Below are positions 26,198 through 38,872 of a stretch of DNA of 59,671 nt, piece by piece. The translations under genes and the position numbers were made by a program. Every line of letters starts with the position of its first letter. Within the stretch, counting starts at the first letter, position 1. The notes beneath the pieces were generated by a model that saw only the letters and a list, made by a program, of their open reading frames with translations, was not told the DNA's origin and did not search any database. Source of the stretch: Dirinaria sp. TL-2023a. Its lineage: Eukaryota. The stretch lies in the NCBI GenBank assembly GCA_051941275.1, contig JAVEBF010000010.1, forward strand, positions 1-59,671, read 5' to 3'.

Positions 26198-26976
26198 GTT
26201 AGATAAGATCGCTGAGACAGTGAATGAGTGAAAGAGAGACAGCTTGTTGTACGGCAGAAGAAGGCAGAAGAAGATAAAAGAGGAGGGAGCAGCGGTTTTG
26301 AGGGGCACTGAGCTCGCATATTCAAATGCTCCGCCTGATTAGAGCCGTGATTAGGCATTGTAGACGCTGCAATCGTCTCCCTGTAGGGATGCTATCAATC
26401 AGGCCGAAAAACAGCATCCACTTTCGTGAATGAAAGGGAATCGGGGCGTAGTCAAGCATCTCTAACTTCATTTGAACTAGAGCAGATCTTTGCTTGCTTG
26501 CGAGCTTTCAGACCACGACCACTCGAGCATCTACAGCTTGAAGTCCAGTACCCACAATGCTCTTTTTCGATGCTTGTAGGCGCTCCGAAGTTGCCTCGAG
26601 CGTCTCGGACGAACCAAGGTTGTAGTCGATGAGAATATCTAGAGAACTCGACGTTGAAGGTTGACTGTCATGTGTATTCATTGCTCCTGGTGATGACATT
26701 GTGCTTTGATGAGTCATGGCTCTGCCGAGAAGTTTGTTGCTTTAAAGATCGCCTCGCCCATGTAGCCCTACAAGGGAAACAGGGCGTAGTCAAGAATTAG
26801 TAACTCCATTGAGAGTAGGGCTATTCTTGCTCGCGGAGCTTCCACTCTCAACGAGCGCCAACTGCTCTACTCCAAGTGCCACAGTGTTACCGTGAGCGCC
26901 AGCTTTCTCGTTCCGATTTCGGCTCCTCATAACATCAATCAATTCCGTATCTTAGCGACTTTTGTGAACTGTAGCA

Positions 26977-27276
26977 TGATCGGTAGCTTTATATTTTGTC
27001 TGTGAATTACGTTGATTACAGAGAATTTACTGACAGTCTTTCTCATCGACCAGGATACTCAAAGATCAATGACGTCATTAGATGAAGTTGAAAAGGCTTT
27101 CCCTTCACGTCGCTCGTTATGCTTGCATCGACTTGTCAAGCGCGCAAACTTTATTTGCAGTCGCTGCAACATCGAAGCTCGTCGCTTACGCTAAGGACAA
27201 ATGGGACGAATCTTTGTGCAATGACTGCTACGATAATCTTCTGTCCACCTCAGAGAAGCAAGACGGAGCACAGTAA
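26977..27276 (+). pseudogene. Small double zinc-ribbon-like protein, frameshifted
   Basis: LHRLVKRANFICSRCNIE (one frame) then KLVAYAKDKWDESLCNDCYDNLLS (next frame): two CxxC pairs. Confidence 0.55.
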
Positions 27277-27413
27277 TGATTGTGCTGGATTTTGGTTGGG
27301 AAAATCACGTATTGAAATAATCATATTGAGGTACGTTAGGGTTTGGACCTGCTTGCATCGTTATTCATGTTGATTGTATGTCTTTGCTTCTTACGATATA
27401 ACGGCACCCATTG

Positions 27414-30400
27414 CTAGCACAGTCGAGGCTTCTTGACCGAAATGTATCGGCCTTCGTTATGAGGGGTCTGTCTTTTCAGCTCACGATCCGCGGCAGCCAC
27501 ACACGACTTACATGAGCGGTTCAGACTGCTATGATAGGCCGTGTCAAACGGAGCGTCAAGATGTTGCTGATCGATAAACCACTGCATTGTCTGCGGAAAA
27601 GCGCTGATCTTTCGTCGAGACCTTTTTGCACTCGTCGCATATATACTGGTCAGCTGACTCAGATCCCGAACGATGAATTCCACTGATTTCCGATATCGTC
27701 GGCACGACGGACAGAGGTCGCGTTTACCGAAGTAATACCCCAAGGCCCTGCTATGCGTTACGAAGGATAGGCGAGAAGAATGAATTCGTTCGAGCAATTT
27801 CATCATGACTTCACCTGAAAGACGACATCGTATCGTCCTCAGACAGCGTATTCGATTTTCTGGCAATGGGCTCGGGATGCAGCTTAGTTCAAAGTAGAAA
27901 GATGCTATAAGCAAAGCGTATATCGTCTCCTTGCACTCCTGGATCATCTGTGGATTCAGATGGACAAGTTGACGCAACTCGTCCATCCGGCTGATGTTGT
28001 CCATCGCCGGCTCGTTCCTCGGTAAAATAACGTTAAGCCGCTTATAGTCTTCACGATTTTCGCGGTTCAAGCCATTCACAACGTCTCTGAAATTGCTTTC
28101 GCCGTCGAAAGATGACATATATGCCCGCCACAGTCGAGGAATGAAGCCGTCAAATAGCACGTGACGAAAAGAAGTAGCTCGCGGCGAATTGGCCTTTCTG
28201 CTGATACCTGTCCCCACGGATACGACAAGATCAGGTCTAGAGAGCGAAGAATCGATGCGCAGGCTTTTCCAAAGTGCAAGCTTGATAGGATTGTTGTGTC
28301 CACTCATACCCCCGTCCTGGATTGAGCCGATGACACTGATATATGCGGGTGGATAGAGGCTACAGAGATCAGTCACAGACGGCAACAGAAGCATCTAGAG
28401 ACGCTTACACCGGGGCTGCAGAAGTCATTCGGCCCCTAGATAATTTAAGCTAACGTAATCATACAGCAAGAGAGACTTACGCTTGTCAAAGATACGGTTC
28501 GTCTTTCATATCCGTCGGACGGATGATTTTATAGCCTCACTTATGGTCAGCACGAAATTGGAAAGAAACATTCTCCGTCCATACCGCACTTCTCGTCCCA
28601 CTTGCCTGAGCCATTATAATTCGTCAGCAAGACCGGGACGCCTTTATCAATGATAGCTGCCGTGACGCCAACTTTCGTGGAGATGGGGCTCTGGACGTGG
28701 TCGAACAACCGGCCTTGAGAGCCTAGATTTTCCTGCAAATGGGACTCCAACGTTTCCGCATTGTGGCATCCGTCACGGTACCACGACTTAATCAGACGCC
28801 GGAGACGACCGAGAACACTCGTTCCATCGAAAGAGGGAGGAAATAGCTGCTTGGCCAGGATATCGAACATCTTCACACACTGCGAAACTGATATCTGGCG
28901 CAGAAAGAGGATTAACACGATAAGGCCCCCTATTCCCGTGTCAGTCAGGCCAAAGAGTCAATGTTGAATCGTCAAATTCACCAACGCTGGTGTCATATGC
29001 AACGTCGAATAAGTTCTGAATTCTTCAGATGTTTTCTAGAATATTTTGCAGAACATTCATAAATTCTACCGCTATCACCCCGAGAGTTCCCCCACCGTCT
29101 ATGCTCAACAGCCGTAATTCGACAGTGAGCGGCCTTAATTCAACCAGAAGCTTTCTCATTCGACAAAGCGTACAAGCGTCAACTCGATATTGAGAGTCAA
29201 AGATCGAGATTTCATCATCGATATTTCGAACGCAAATCTCACATATGGCGTGTTCACAAGACAGAGTAATCTCAGACATTCGTCGAATACAACAAAAGCA
29301 GGTTTCATTGCTCTTCATCTGCACTCAGTCAATATCGAGAGAAGCCGTCTTCTCGCAGTGCATCTGAAGGGTGGGCTTCCCGGATGCGATCATGAAGGCA
29401 TGGAGTTGAACCAACTGGCTGCGAATGAAAGTGTTCTGATGCTGAACGAAATCGCGGTCATCATATGTCTCAGTAAGGGACTGAAGACAAAGATGCCGAT
29501 ATTGGACGTCATAAAGCATCCCCGAATCGAAGTCTACGAATTTTGATCAGATGTTGAACATTCGTGTTCGCCAGGGTCAGAATTGTCTTACCATGCATCT
29601 TTGAGGGATATGCGTCTAACATGACACTTGAAGCTACGAAAGTCATCAGCGCGTCGCGAGAAACCTGATGGTTCTCTCCGAACCGCATGAATCTGAACAA
29701 GTGATGAACGAAATCTGATTCGACGTCGTTGCCCTTCCGACTCGCCAATATGAAATCGAATGATCGACTCATTGAGACTGCTGTATGAGCCACAGCCATG
29801 CGGAAAAACCGAGTGATGTGCTCGGCAGAGTACAGACAGCCGAGAATCTGTCGAGTCTGACGCATCTCGTTCATCTCCCTTCAAAGAAGCTCCTTGAGCC
29901 GACGAAAACGTGCCAGGGGAGATAGCTGCTCAGCAGTCAGATGAAGCACTTTGATCGAAGAAAAAAATTCTTTCAGAGATCTATTGTGAAGGCCCTGCTG
30001 AAGATCGTCTATTCTGAGAAGATCATAGATGGGACTGAAGCTAGCTGCGTCTCCACGTCGGACGATGACAACTCTCGATCGAATCTTGTTGAAATGAACG
30101 GAAGCGCTATCGACAGCGGCCCATGATTTAAGCAGCTGAACGGCATGATCGAAGTCAACAAAGTCATCGGCAAACACGCAGACGACATCGATGAAGAGAC
30201 AGAAGAGACGAGCGTGCAAAACGTTGTAGAGATGTTGCACAGTCGTATCCTCGGCCCACTGAATGGGAAATGACTCGGTCTCATCGACGCGAGGATCCTC
30301 GACCGCCAAGGGTATGACTTGACTTGAACTACTCTCCGCAAAAAAGATAGGATGATCGAAGTAAATGCTTGCGTTGTCAATTCTCAAGATTGCCACGCCG

Positions 30401-30612
30401 TCGCAAAAGTGTTTCTTGAAGTTGTTGTCGAGGAAAAGTTCCCGAAGAGCAAGATCCTTGACTTGTCGTCCCACGAACAATAGAGAAGAAGGTCGTTGAT
30501 TCGAGGAATTTCTCAGTTCCCTTACCAACTGACTCATGCGCCCAGGGTCGAGAAGCCTGAGATCGTTTATGCCAACTACCTGCAACCACGTCAGGTGTTC
30601 GCAAGAAGTCAT
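27414..30612 (-). pseudogene. Patatin-like phospholipase with long N-terminal region and RING-like Cys cluster (Starship-type PLP), inactivated
   Basis: LRLLSIDGGG; nucleophile motif reads YDTSVG|GL (GTSxG with Gly->Asp at 28992-28994); QDGGMSGHNNP; VVSVGTG; CFCCIRR…CEHAICEIC; several TGA stops. Confidence 0.88.
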
Positions 30613-30954
30613 ACGCACGATCGACAAAGCGTTACTGAAAGCAAGCCGGATTGGATGAATGGAATGACGAAATGTCGATCGAAAGAAGAAGGGGACGCCA
30701 TACGGGATTTAATAGTACGGACAGTCATCCACAATTCGATGCTTTTGATGGATCTACTTTTGGCGACGGAAGGACGGCTTCTGTCGCCACCACTTCAAAC
30801 ATAAGGAACACTCTCCACAGCAGAATATTTGCAGTCAAGGAGCTGGCGATGACAAGATTTCATACAGATGAAACTATCTAAGTACGCAGAAAAATAACTC
30901 AGTGTGAAGTTGACTCAGAATCAAGTACAAGAACGATATCCGCCGCTTCATTCC

Positions 30955-31736
30955 TCAACTACGCACTCGTTTTCGCTGCTCACCGAGTTCAGACAGTAGC
31001 ATCATTTGCTCATTCTCTTCTTCACTGCTCTCAGAAATTGATGTCATGAACGTGCTTTCGAGCGCAATCTCGAAGTTGCGTGATAGCTCTTTCAGCAAAA
31101 GTCGCTTGTGCTGAAGATCATCTCTGATGTTATAGAGCTTCTGCTCTAGGCTTTTTGTCTTCGCCTCTAGATTTTCGAGTGCCGCTTTCATGTCATTCCC
31201 TTCGAGCCAAATTGTGCCAATGCTTGCGTTGTCGTTGAGATCCGCTCTTCTCGGAATCTCAAGAGTATTCAGAAATCCAATGAAGTCCCGAACATGAGCA
31301 CGCTCTTGCTCCAGCGACCGCTCGGTTGCTTTGTGACAACTGAACTCGTGGTTCAGGGATTGTGTTACAAGAGCGCGCTCCCTTTTCTCCAACTCCAGTG
31401 CCTCCTGCTGAGTTGCAAATGCTTTTTGATAGTTGCTCACGATCTCTTTCAATTTTGCGACTTCTTCGCTTTGGGCATTGAAGAATCTCATGCGGACCTC
31501 GTTGAACTGATTGGCTTGACCGGCTTCGAAAAGCCGCTGGTGCAGTATGACATTCTGATTTTCGAGCGCACTCTTCTTCCAGCGGAGTTTTTCGTGAGAG
31601 ACTAGCTCAACACCGCACGTGTGACAGATGACTTGGCCAGGCTGTTGCTAATGTCAATATTCGTCCGTTCAAGCCGTGGGACTTCGTATACCACTCGGGA
31701 AAATTGAAACAGTGCACTTTCACCTTGCGTTGCCAT
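30955..31736 (-). CDS. Coiled-coil protein upstream of PLP (possibly disrupted)
   Basis: 178-aa heptad-rich ORF 30955-31491 plus an upstream segment starting MATQGESALF. Confidence 0.5.
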
Positions 31737-34255
31737 GATGATCAAAGCGAATGTTATAACGGGGAGATGAGGATGTGATGACGAGAATGTGAGAATGTGA
31801 TGACTGCTATGAATGATTCGAGTGACTGAATCGTTTGAGACAAGCGATCGAAGAAGCTGTACTTTATACATTGTTCGAACTCTGAAACAATGTTACTAGA
31901 CCAGTCCATCGCTGGGCCACCCCCCACCGATACCCAGTGCTACTTTCGCTGACCCTTGTACAATCCTTCAGGTACCCCGGGATTACATTTCCATTCAGTC
32001 GATTTATGAATGAATGAGCGCAAAGAGCAAGAATGCACTGAAGTCATCCACACGCTCGGACCGCCGTCAAGTACACTCAAGTCACGCTTGCGACGGGACT
32101 TTTCACAGCAAAAGAATGAGGCTATACGAATGGATTTCAATTCATGTTCTCATCCTGCACTGTCTTGATATCGCTCTTTGCTTTCACCATAAAGAATCAT
32201 GACTAGAATCATAGAGACTGCTCGAGCAGAATGATTGGCTACCCTAAAATCAATGAACTTTAGCGCTCGGCAATTCTGCGTGACTTATGCAAGTCATCAC
32301 CCCTGCCAGAAGGATTCGCGGCACAATTGCTGATGTGCATAGGGCTTATGCGTGCTCAGTCAGCTTGTGGGGTAAATCCTTCGAGCCGAGCTCCAGCGAT
32401 ATGACTGATGCACATCCAATGCTCCATTAATGGCACCCTTTTGCGTCAGAATTGGATACACTGTTGTATCGGGATTTAAAAAGAAACAGCGATGCGTGAA
32501 TGTCGGTGCATCATACTTGCACGCATTTCTCGCCATGGCTAGATTCTTCGATGAACAGTACCTCGAAAATGGATGAAACGATTTCATTAACAGCAATTAC
32601 GCGACTGGCTGTGAAGACCCGACATTGTTCTCGTCTTTGGATTATTTCGTTAGTCATGGCATGTTGGAACCCAATCCTCGACTGACGACCTTCTTTCAGG
32701 ATCTTTCAGCCGGAAATTCGCATGCAGATCGAATCTCTACCCCGGCGTGCATCGACCATGCCAACCTGCAGGGTTCGCTCGGAGGTCAAGATTCCAGCGT
32801 TAGAACAGGGGAGACGAAATTGGAATACAAAGAGATCAAGGCCTTGTATGAAAAGAATAATGTGATCTCAACATTGCTAATGTCTGTTTAGGATCGAGGT
32901 AAATTCAAGGTATTTCGATAAAGCAAATCAACGAAAAGTATTAACATTGACGAAAGACAGATAAACCAACTGGGTCAACACGTCGAAGCGTTGCATCTCT
33001 ATTTCGAAGCAATGAGATCGACACTGAAAGATTTGACAGAGCAAGTCAATCGACAGTGAGTGATAAAAACACCCATAACTTCTTTCCTAAAGAGAGAGAA
33101 CGGTCCGAGCCAGAGAGTCAATTCAGGTAAAGCGAACAAGGGCGAGATCGCCAGCGATGAGCGAAGAGAAAGTTAGAGAACTTTGAAATTTACGGCCTTC
33201 AGGCACTTGAGACAGACTTCACGAGTTCTTGTAATGCTATTAGTCGTACTTCGCTGGAGTTTTCTTTAACGGAAACTGTAACAGCTCTTAAGCGTTTGTG
33301 CCCCGATCTAATAAAGACGAGGCGAAGAGCGGATCCTTGCTCAATAGAAATCCTCATTTTATTCACCTTGCTTAAAAGCTCACGAACGCATCGAACATAT
33401 TGTTGGCGATGTTCGATAGTCAGTCAATGAGACAAAACCTGTCACCGAAGGAGATTAACACGTCAAGAAAATTTGACAAGAGAGACGATGGCAAGTTCCG
33501 ACATAGATGCGGCAACATCTCATGTAACCATAAAGGCAGTTCTGTCAAGAATTGATAACATCTATTCCTACGTCACGAGCCGCCCTCTGTAGCGAGCCAA
33601 ACTGTAGACACTTTGCACCTAGAGTAATCTCAACTTTCGATGTACTTTTTCATTTCTTTAATCCTTTACTAATCCTGTGCTTTAGCTACCCGTGACCCTC
33701 AGAAATGACTCCCAACTAAAAATTACGATAGCATTATCTAGTTTGCAGGGTCTCCTTTTAGTGGTTTTCGGGACACCTCCATTACAGCTTTATCACTAGC
33801 TCTCATCACTCTTAATAGTTATGATACAAGCCTAAGAGCCTTACTAGAACGCTGATAAGTTATTATTAGCCCTATGGCTGCCATGCAATGTCGTCACGTC
33901 GATCGATACTTCCAATCAAAGCGATACGATCCTGGTATATTACTAAACTCCCGCACGCCCCACATGATAAGTAATAGATAACGTACAAGATGACGTAACT
34001 TAACGTTACATAAGTTAATCAATTCCTTGTCTAAAGACTGTGACTGCTCCTTTTGCCTGTAGCTTGCTTAATTCAAACGACATGAGTCATCGCATGTCTC
34101 ACTTTCCTACTCCCCCGCTTATATGCTTAGGACTCCAATTATTCTCTTCCTTATCTACGATGAACGTGTACAGCTAGCGTTCGGTTTCGCAGCTGGCAGG
34201 CGCGCAATATAGCCCTGCACCTTTTCATATTGCTTCTTTCCTCATCAAGCGTAGC

Positions 34256-36004
34256 ATGTATCCATATCCGACAATCGATGTGCTTCACTGAAATGCACAA
34301 AGCGTGTCTGTTAAATGCCCATACTGCGAGGAGATACATCGACACGACGTTGCGCTCCCGAGTAGACGCAGTTCTCATTGTCACCCAGATGGTCAATACG
34401 AGTTCATGCTTCCTATCGATGAAAACAGCGAACTTGTCGACTATGAAATTGACAAGAGAAAGGCTTGTTTCGTGAATGTTAGCTTTCAAACAGATCAAGA
34501 AGATGAGGATTCACATTTTTCAAGAGAAGATGAGGGCGACTTGACCGATTTTTTTGACTCCGCAATGAACATCTCTATCGCAAATCCAAAGTCAGAGCGA
34601 CTTTTGAATTTTGACAATGACTCAAGAGAGATTGAAACTATCACTCTTCCAGACGATGACACTTTTGAGCAAAAGAGAATTCATTTCGCTATTTCAGAAT
34701 GCATTTTTGGCAACTTGCATGCAATAACGCAGTATCTCAGCACTTCAACCGAAACGAAAGTCTTTTTGCACGGGAGGAACAAGACCGAAAACACTAATCT
34801 GATAACGGTTGCAGCGGAGTGAAATCATGAGATGATATCGCTCCTCTTGCAACACGATACAGATGTAAACGCTACCAACAACGACGGACGAAGCGCGCTC
34901 ATGAAGGCGGCACTCTGAGGCCGAATTGAGAGCGTGAGGGCGCTTCTCAAGATCAATGCCGACAAATGTCTTCGAGATCGTGAGGGTCGCCGTGCGATAG
35001 ATCTAGCGCAGTCTGCTCGAAGAAATGAAAAAGAGAGATACCAGCGCTCTTCCATCGCGGCTGCAGAAAAGGTTCCAGAGCGTGATAGAGACAGACGGCA
35101 TATCGTCCTCTTACTTGACGACTTGGCTACTAAGAAGCAGCATATATACACTGATCCGCTTTCAGAGAGCGAACGAAACAAGTATGACTTCAGAAAATCT
35201 CAATCTGAAAAGTCAATAACGCTTCATGAACCTATTCGAAGCTACCGCGTGCCACATATCGCCAAAACAGCCGCCGTTCTCGACAGAGAAGTCCAGTTCG
35301 ATCCTATAGGGGCAATCAGTGATTGGGGCATCGATGCTCTGCCTCCGAACAAGAAGACTGAGTCATACTGGATCAAGCAAGTCTTCTATATCGCTTTCAT
35401 AATCGATCATGCGTTCCAAGATGCATCAGATCCGAGTTGTGATCAAGATATACCTGAGCAGTATTTTGCTTCTCATGCGGAGAAGAAGCTGATCGCCTAC
35501 TTCATGAATAGGCACGTATTTCTGTCTCAAGACAAAGAGTCTGATCAGAATTTGAAAGATTCAATCCTTGAAGTAGAAGACTCTCTTATAGAGGGAAAGC
35601 GCTCGTCCTCAGCCTGGGCAAAGGTGTGTGATCTAGGAGACAGAAGAGCAGAATTGAACCTCCAGCTCTTCGAAGCAGATGATCGACTATTAGATGAATA
35701 TTATGATGAGCAAGAAGTCAAAAGATTAAAACAAGAGATTCATGCGATCGATGAAGAACTATTTCGCCTTCGGCCAAACGCTGACGTGATTAGAATGAGA
35801 GCTCAAGAGAAGAAGAAGCGCATGTTGTTGAAGAGAGAGAAAACTCAAGAAGACTTGATAAAGCTGAGTAGCAATGAGCCTCACATCGCATTGAGACGAG
35901 CAGTCATTTTAAGCAGCAACAAGATCTGCGGAGACTGTACTATGTTTAATCAAAGGGTGAATCACTTTTTCAAGCTCAGTATCGAAATGAATTGATGTAC
36001 CTAG
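34256..36004 (+). pseudogene. Zn-ribbon + ankyrin-repeat + zinc-dependent deaminase-fold (HAE…CxxC) protein, inactivated
   Basis: CPYCEEIHRH; ankyrin LLLQHDTDVNATNNDGRSALMKAAL*GRIESVRALL; ASHAEKKLIAYF (35474) and ILSSNKICGDC (35927-35938); TGA at 34289, 34820, 34916 and 35993. Confidence 0.7.
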
Positions 36005-36254
36005 TCTAGTTTCGTATAATGCATCCCTTAGCTTACGAAACACTTGAATATGAAGCGATCTCAACGCTTTGTCTAGCAGACTCATGACAAGTGCAGTAAA
36101 TGGACCAAAGACCAGCCTTCATCTCCATTTACATGTCTATACAACCGTTGGCGCCAGAAGTCATATTTCGCACCCTATATTATCACATTCGCGCCACTGG
36201 GGCTCTTCATGATTCTGGTGCAATTTCATACTTCATGTCCTGTCTTTCGCACAT

Positions 36255-36596
36255 CTACGCCACTTGCGCACTTGCTTCTGACTCATTTTCCGTAGCTTGC
36301 ATTGCGCTTATCCGCGTCAGTTTGACTTTTCGCTCTAGCCCATTTGTCCCTGATGTAGGACTTTTCCGCTTCCGATCATCATTTTTCTTGCCTGCAGTGA
36401 TTTCTTCTGCTTCTGGCGTAGCATTCGCGACCTTCTTGATTTCTTTCGCAGCCTTCTTGACTTCTTTCGCGGCTTCTTTCGCAGCACGTTCCGCTCGTGT
36501 CTTCTCGAGGTCCTCGTAGCTTACCACTCTTGCGATCCCTAGTATTTCTGATCTGATCGGTCGACGAACTTTGACTTCGTTATTTATCTCAGTCAA
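36255..36596 (-). mobile_element. C-terminal fragment of a pogo/Fot1-like DDE transposase
   Basis: INNEVKVRRPIRSEILGIARVVSYEDLEKTRAERAAKEA matches, from memory, the C-terminal tail of fungal pogo-type transposases; the catalytic domain is absent. Confidence 0.65.
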
Positions 36597-36799
36597 GCAC
36601 TCCTGGTACTTCTTCTAGTGTACGAGGATCTCACTTCATGCGAAGAGAAGATAAGAGGATTGCGGGCACAGATATCTCTTTTTACTAGTCTTAAGAATTG
36701 GTCGAGACGATTACAAGTCTCGAAAGTTGAGAGAATGAATGATGCATCGATATGAGTCATAATTTTGTCTGCTAATCCACCAAGTATTCAAGAACTAAA

Positions 36800-37472
36800 C
36801 GATATCTCGAGCGTACCACACTCAATACTGCTGTAGATTGAATAACTTGTTAACAAAATTTCACAGACCAATTGCGCTTCCTTCAACGGTCCTGCGACAA
36901 GAATCACCCCTTCACTCAAAGGCCAGGATTGATCCAAAATCTCACGCAGCCAATGTTTCCCCAATTGTTGCAAGAGGTAGAGGTGCCCGCGAAATAACTG
37001 TCAATGAAATCGCCGCACCGGTCTCCGTTGCTGGAATCCTTGGTGGAAATGTCAAGCTGCTCTTGGCCCTGGAGGCCCCGGTAGAGTAACTCAAAACTGT
37101 ACGCCGTGCCATCCTCCGTGGGAAGCCACGTTTCCCCGGGAGATTGCGTGAGATCGTCCACCGTTGCTATAAACCCGTTGCAGTCCCTTTCGCTATAAAA
37201 GGAGACTCCGATCTTTGAAGACTTGTCCTGCCATACTTAGCCATGTTTTCAAAGGGCTGGCGGGTTCATACCTGTCGTTTCTCCAATTGCTCGTCAATCT
37301 CGTCTTTGACTTGGGTTTCCGAACCTTTAGCTTCATTAGCAAAAGGATCTTTGCTCTTCGGACTGCTTTTGCCCTCCGCATCGTGTGGGGGATTTGCCAT
37401 ACTGGGAGCTGCCAGAGCTGTGAACATTTGAGCAACGAAGATAGTACCGCAGAGCAGTGCTTTTGAGGAGTG
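36800..37472 (-). pseudogene. Secreted protein (signal peptide, Kex2-like KR site), degenerate; coordinates approximate
   Basis: MHSSKALLCGTIFVAQMFTALAAP…LEKRQ, then an intron and a downstream exon with frameshift and TGA stops. Confidence 0.45.
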
Positions 37473-37987
37473 CATTTTCAAATTTTTGGGGAAGTAAACG
37501 TTGAACTTCGTACAGAAATGGAGCAAACCCGTTGCCTTAATATACTCACGGTCCAGACGACTCCTGGCTTCCATAGATCCACAATTGGCTCCCCAAAGGC
37601 GGTAGGTGGTTTTTGGATGCTCAATGAGGGAGTCAGAGTAGGATCCCTCGTTAGCGAGTCTCCAGTTTTTGCAATTTCACGCGGAATAGACTTTGCAATG
37701 CAAGACGGGTTTCTGGTCAAAAGTTCCAAGGGTGGTGTAATAACACTATGACCGCGTGATACTCGTGTAACAGGCTCATGTTTTGTAAAGGAAATATGGA
37801 TCCGATTTCCAAGTGCTTTCGATATATAATGTATTGAATTGAAGCTCTATCTAAGCCAGATGGCGACTATATATTGCCGTCGGTCATAAAACCCAGATGT
37901 ACCTCGCTATGATACGGTTCGTAATAGAGGCGTATGTCGCTCAAGTTGATAGGAGCAGCTACAATACTCTGCATGAAAATGATTTGC

Positions 37988-38872
37988 CTAGTGAACCTTT
38001 CTATGGACTCGAGATCGGGGCAAGTGATAGTGGTGACCAAGTTTATGTGCCAGCGGAAGCGTCAACGGTGGGGAGTCATGTGTATTTCCTGCACGTGATT
38101 CATCATTCCTGATCTGTATGTCCATGGAATTTCCTCCTTTAACTAATTGCCTTGAGGGTGCTTGGCAAGACGTCCCGATGCAACAAGAAACAAGGTTACT
38201 CTTGAGGTTGCTTACGTTGGCATTATTATCATTAGGATATGTGTAGGCGGCCCCTGCGCAAGCTTTGAAAAAAGGCGGAGCGGGTCCATCCGCGATATTT
38301 TGAGCAGGGTTGAGGCAGACAGGGCCGTCGACTTGATTGTTGCACGTGATGCCTGGCTGTTTGAATAGATCGATGTTGCAACCAGAGACTGCTGTGCCCT
38401 CAGAAGAGCATGTGATGGGCACAGAGTAGCCATCGACATAGCTGACGTCGATATCAGGTGGACCTGTAAGGCTGCCTTCGATCTTACTGCTCCGATAGTC
38501 GGTGTTGGACCCAACATATATCCTTCCTGCCCATCCAGTTGGGAAAGCGTATTGGGTAGGCGAGTTGTCAGGGAGGACGGTCGCTGACGGATTTCCTACC
38601 GGGGCGGGGCCGCCAGCATTGGAAAGAAAGGACAGAGATAATTGACTTCCGTACACGTTCGTGATCGAAATCGTCATGTAATCGGCTGAGCCATCGGTAT
38701 CCGTGGTGCTCACAGGGTGTGGGGCACTTGTGACTGGAACGGAACTTGAAGCTGGGGTGGAATGTCCGTCCCCAAGAGTCACAGTCACAGTTGCGGCCGG
38801 CGGGCAGTTGAACGGACTTGCAGCTACCAGAGCCGCAAGGGCCAAAACAGCAATCTGACAGGATTTCTTCAT
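37988..38872 (-). CDS. Secreted thaumatin/osmotin-like protein
   Basis: Signal peptide MKKSCQIAVLALAALVAA; FPTGWAGRI, DVSYVDGYSVPITC, CAGAAYTYPND; multiple Cys; intact 294-aa ORF. Confidence 0.9.
   Translation of the reverse strand: MKKSCQIAVLALAALVAASPFNCPPAATVTVTLGDGHSTPASSSVPVTSAPHPVSTTDTDGSADYMTISITNVYGSQLSLSFLSNAGGPAPVGNPSATVLPDNSPTQYAFPTGWAGRIYVGSNTDYRSSKIEGSLTGPPDIDVSYVDGYSVPITCSSEGTAVSGCNIDLFKQPGITCNNQVDGPVCLNPAQNIADGPAPPFFKACAGAAYTYPNDNNANVSNLKSNLVSCCIGTSCQAPSRQLVKGGNSMDIQIRNDESRAGNTHDSPPLTLPLAHKLGHHYHLPRSRVHRKVH

Noticed and set aside
32419..33200. Possible degenerate plus-strand gene
   Set aside because: Short protein-like fragments only; no family or coherent exon structure could be supported.
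33620..33880. Possible small CpA-RIPed TE or solo-LTR remnant
   Set aside because: Slightly TpA-rich, but no terminal repeats, target-site duplication or coding relic could be identified.
1..37000. Alternative genetic code (TGA=Trp) or stop-codon readthrough
   Set aside because: TGA-for-TGG is accompanied by Gly->Asp/Glu/Arg changes in catalytic motifs, destroyed splice donors and GG/GA differences in non-coding repeats, while intact genes nearby use TGG. Mutation explains all of these; recoding does not.
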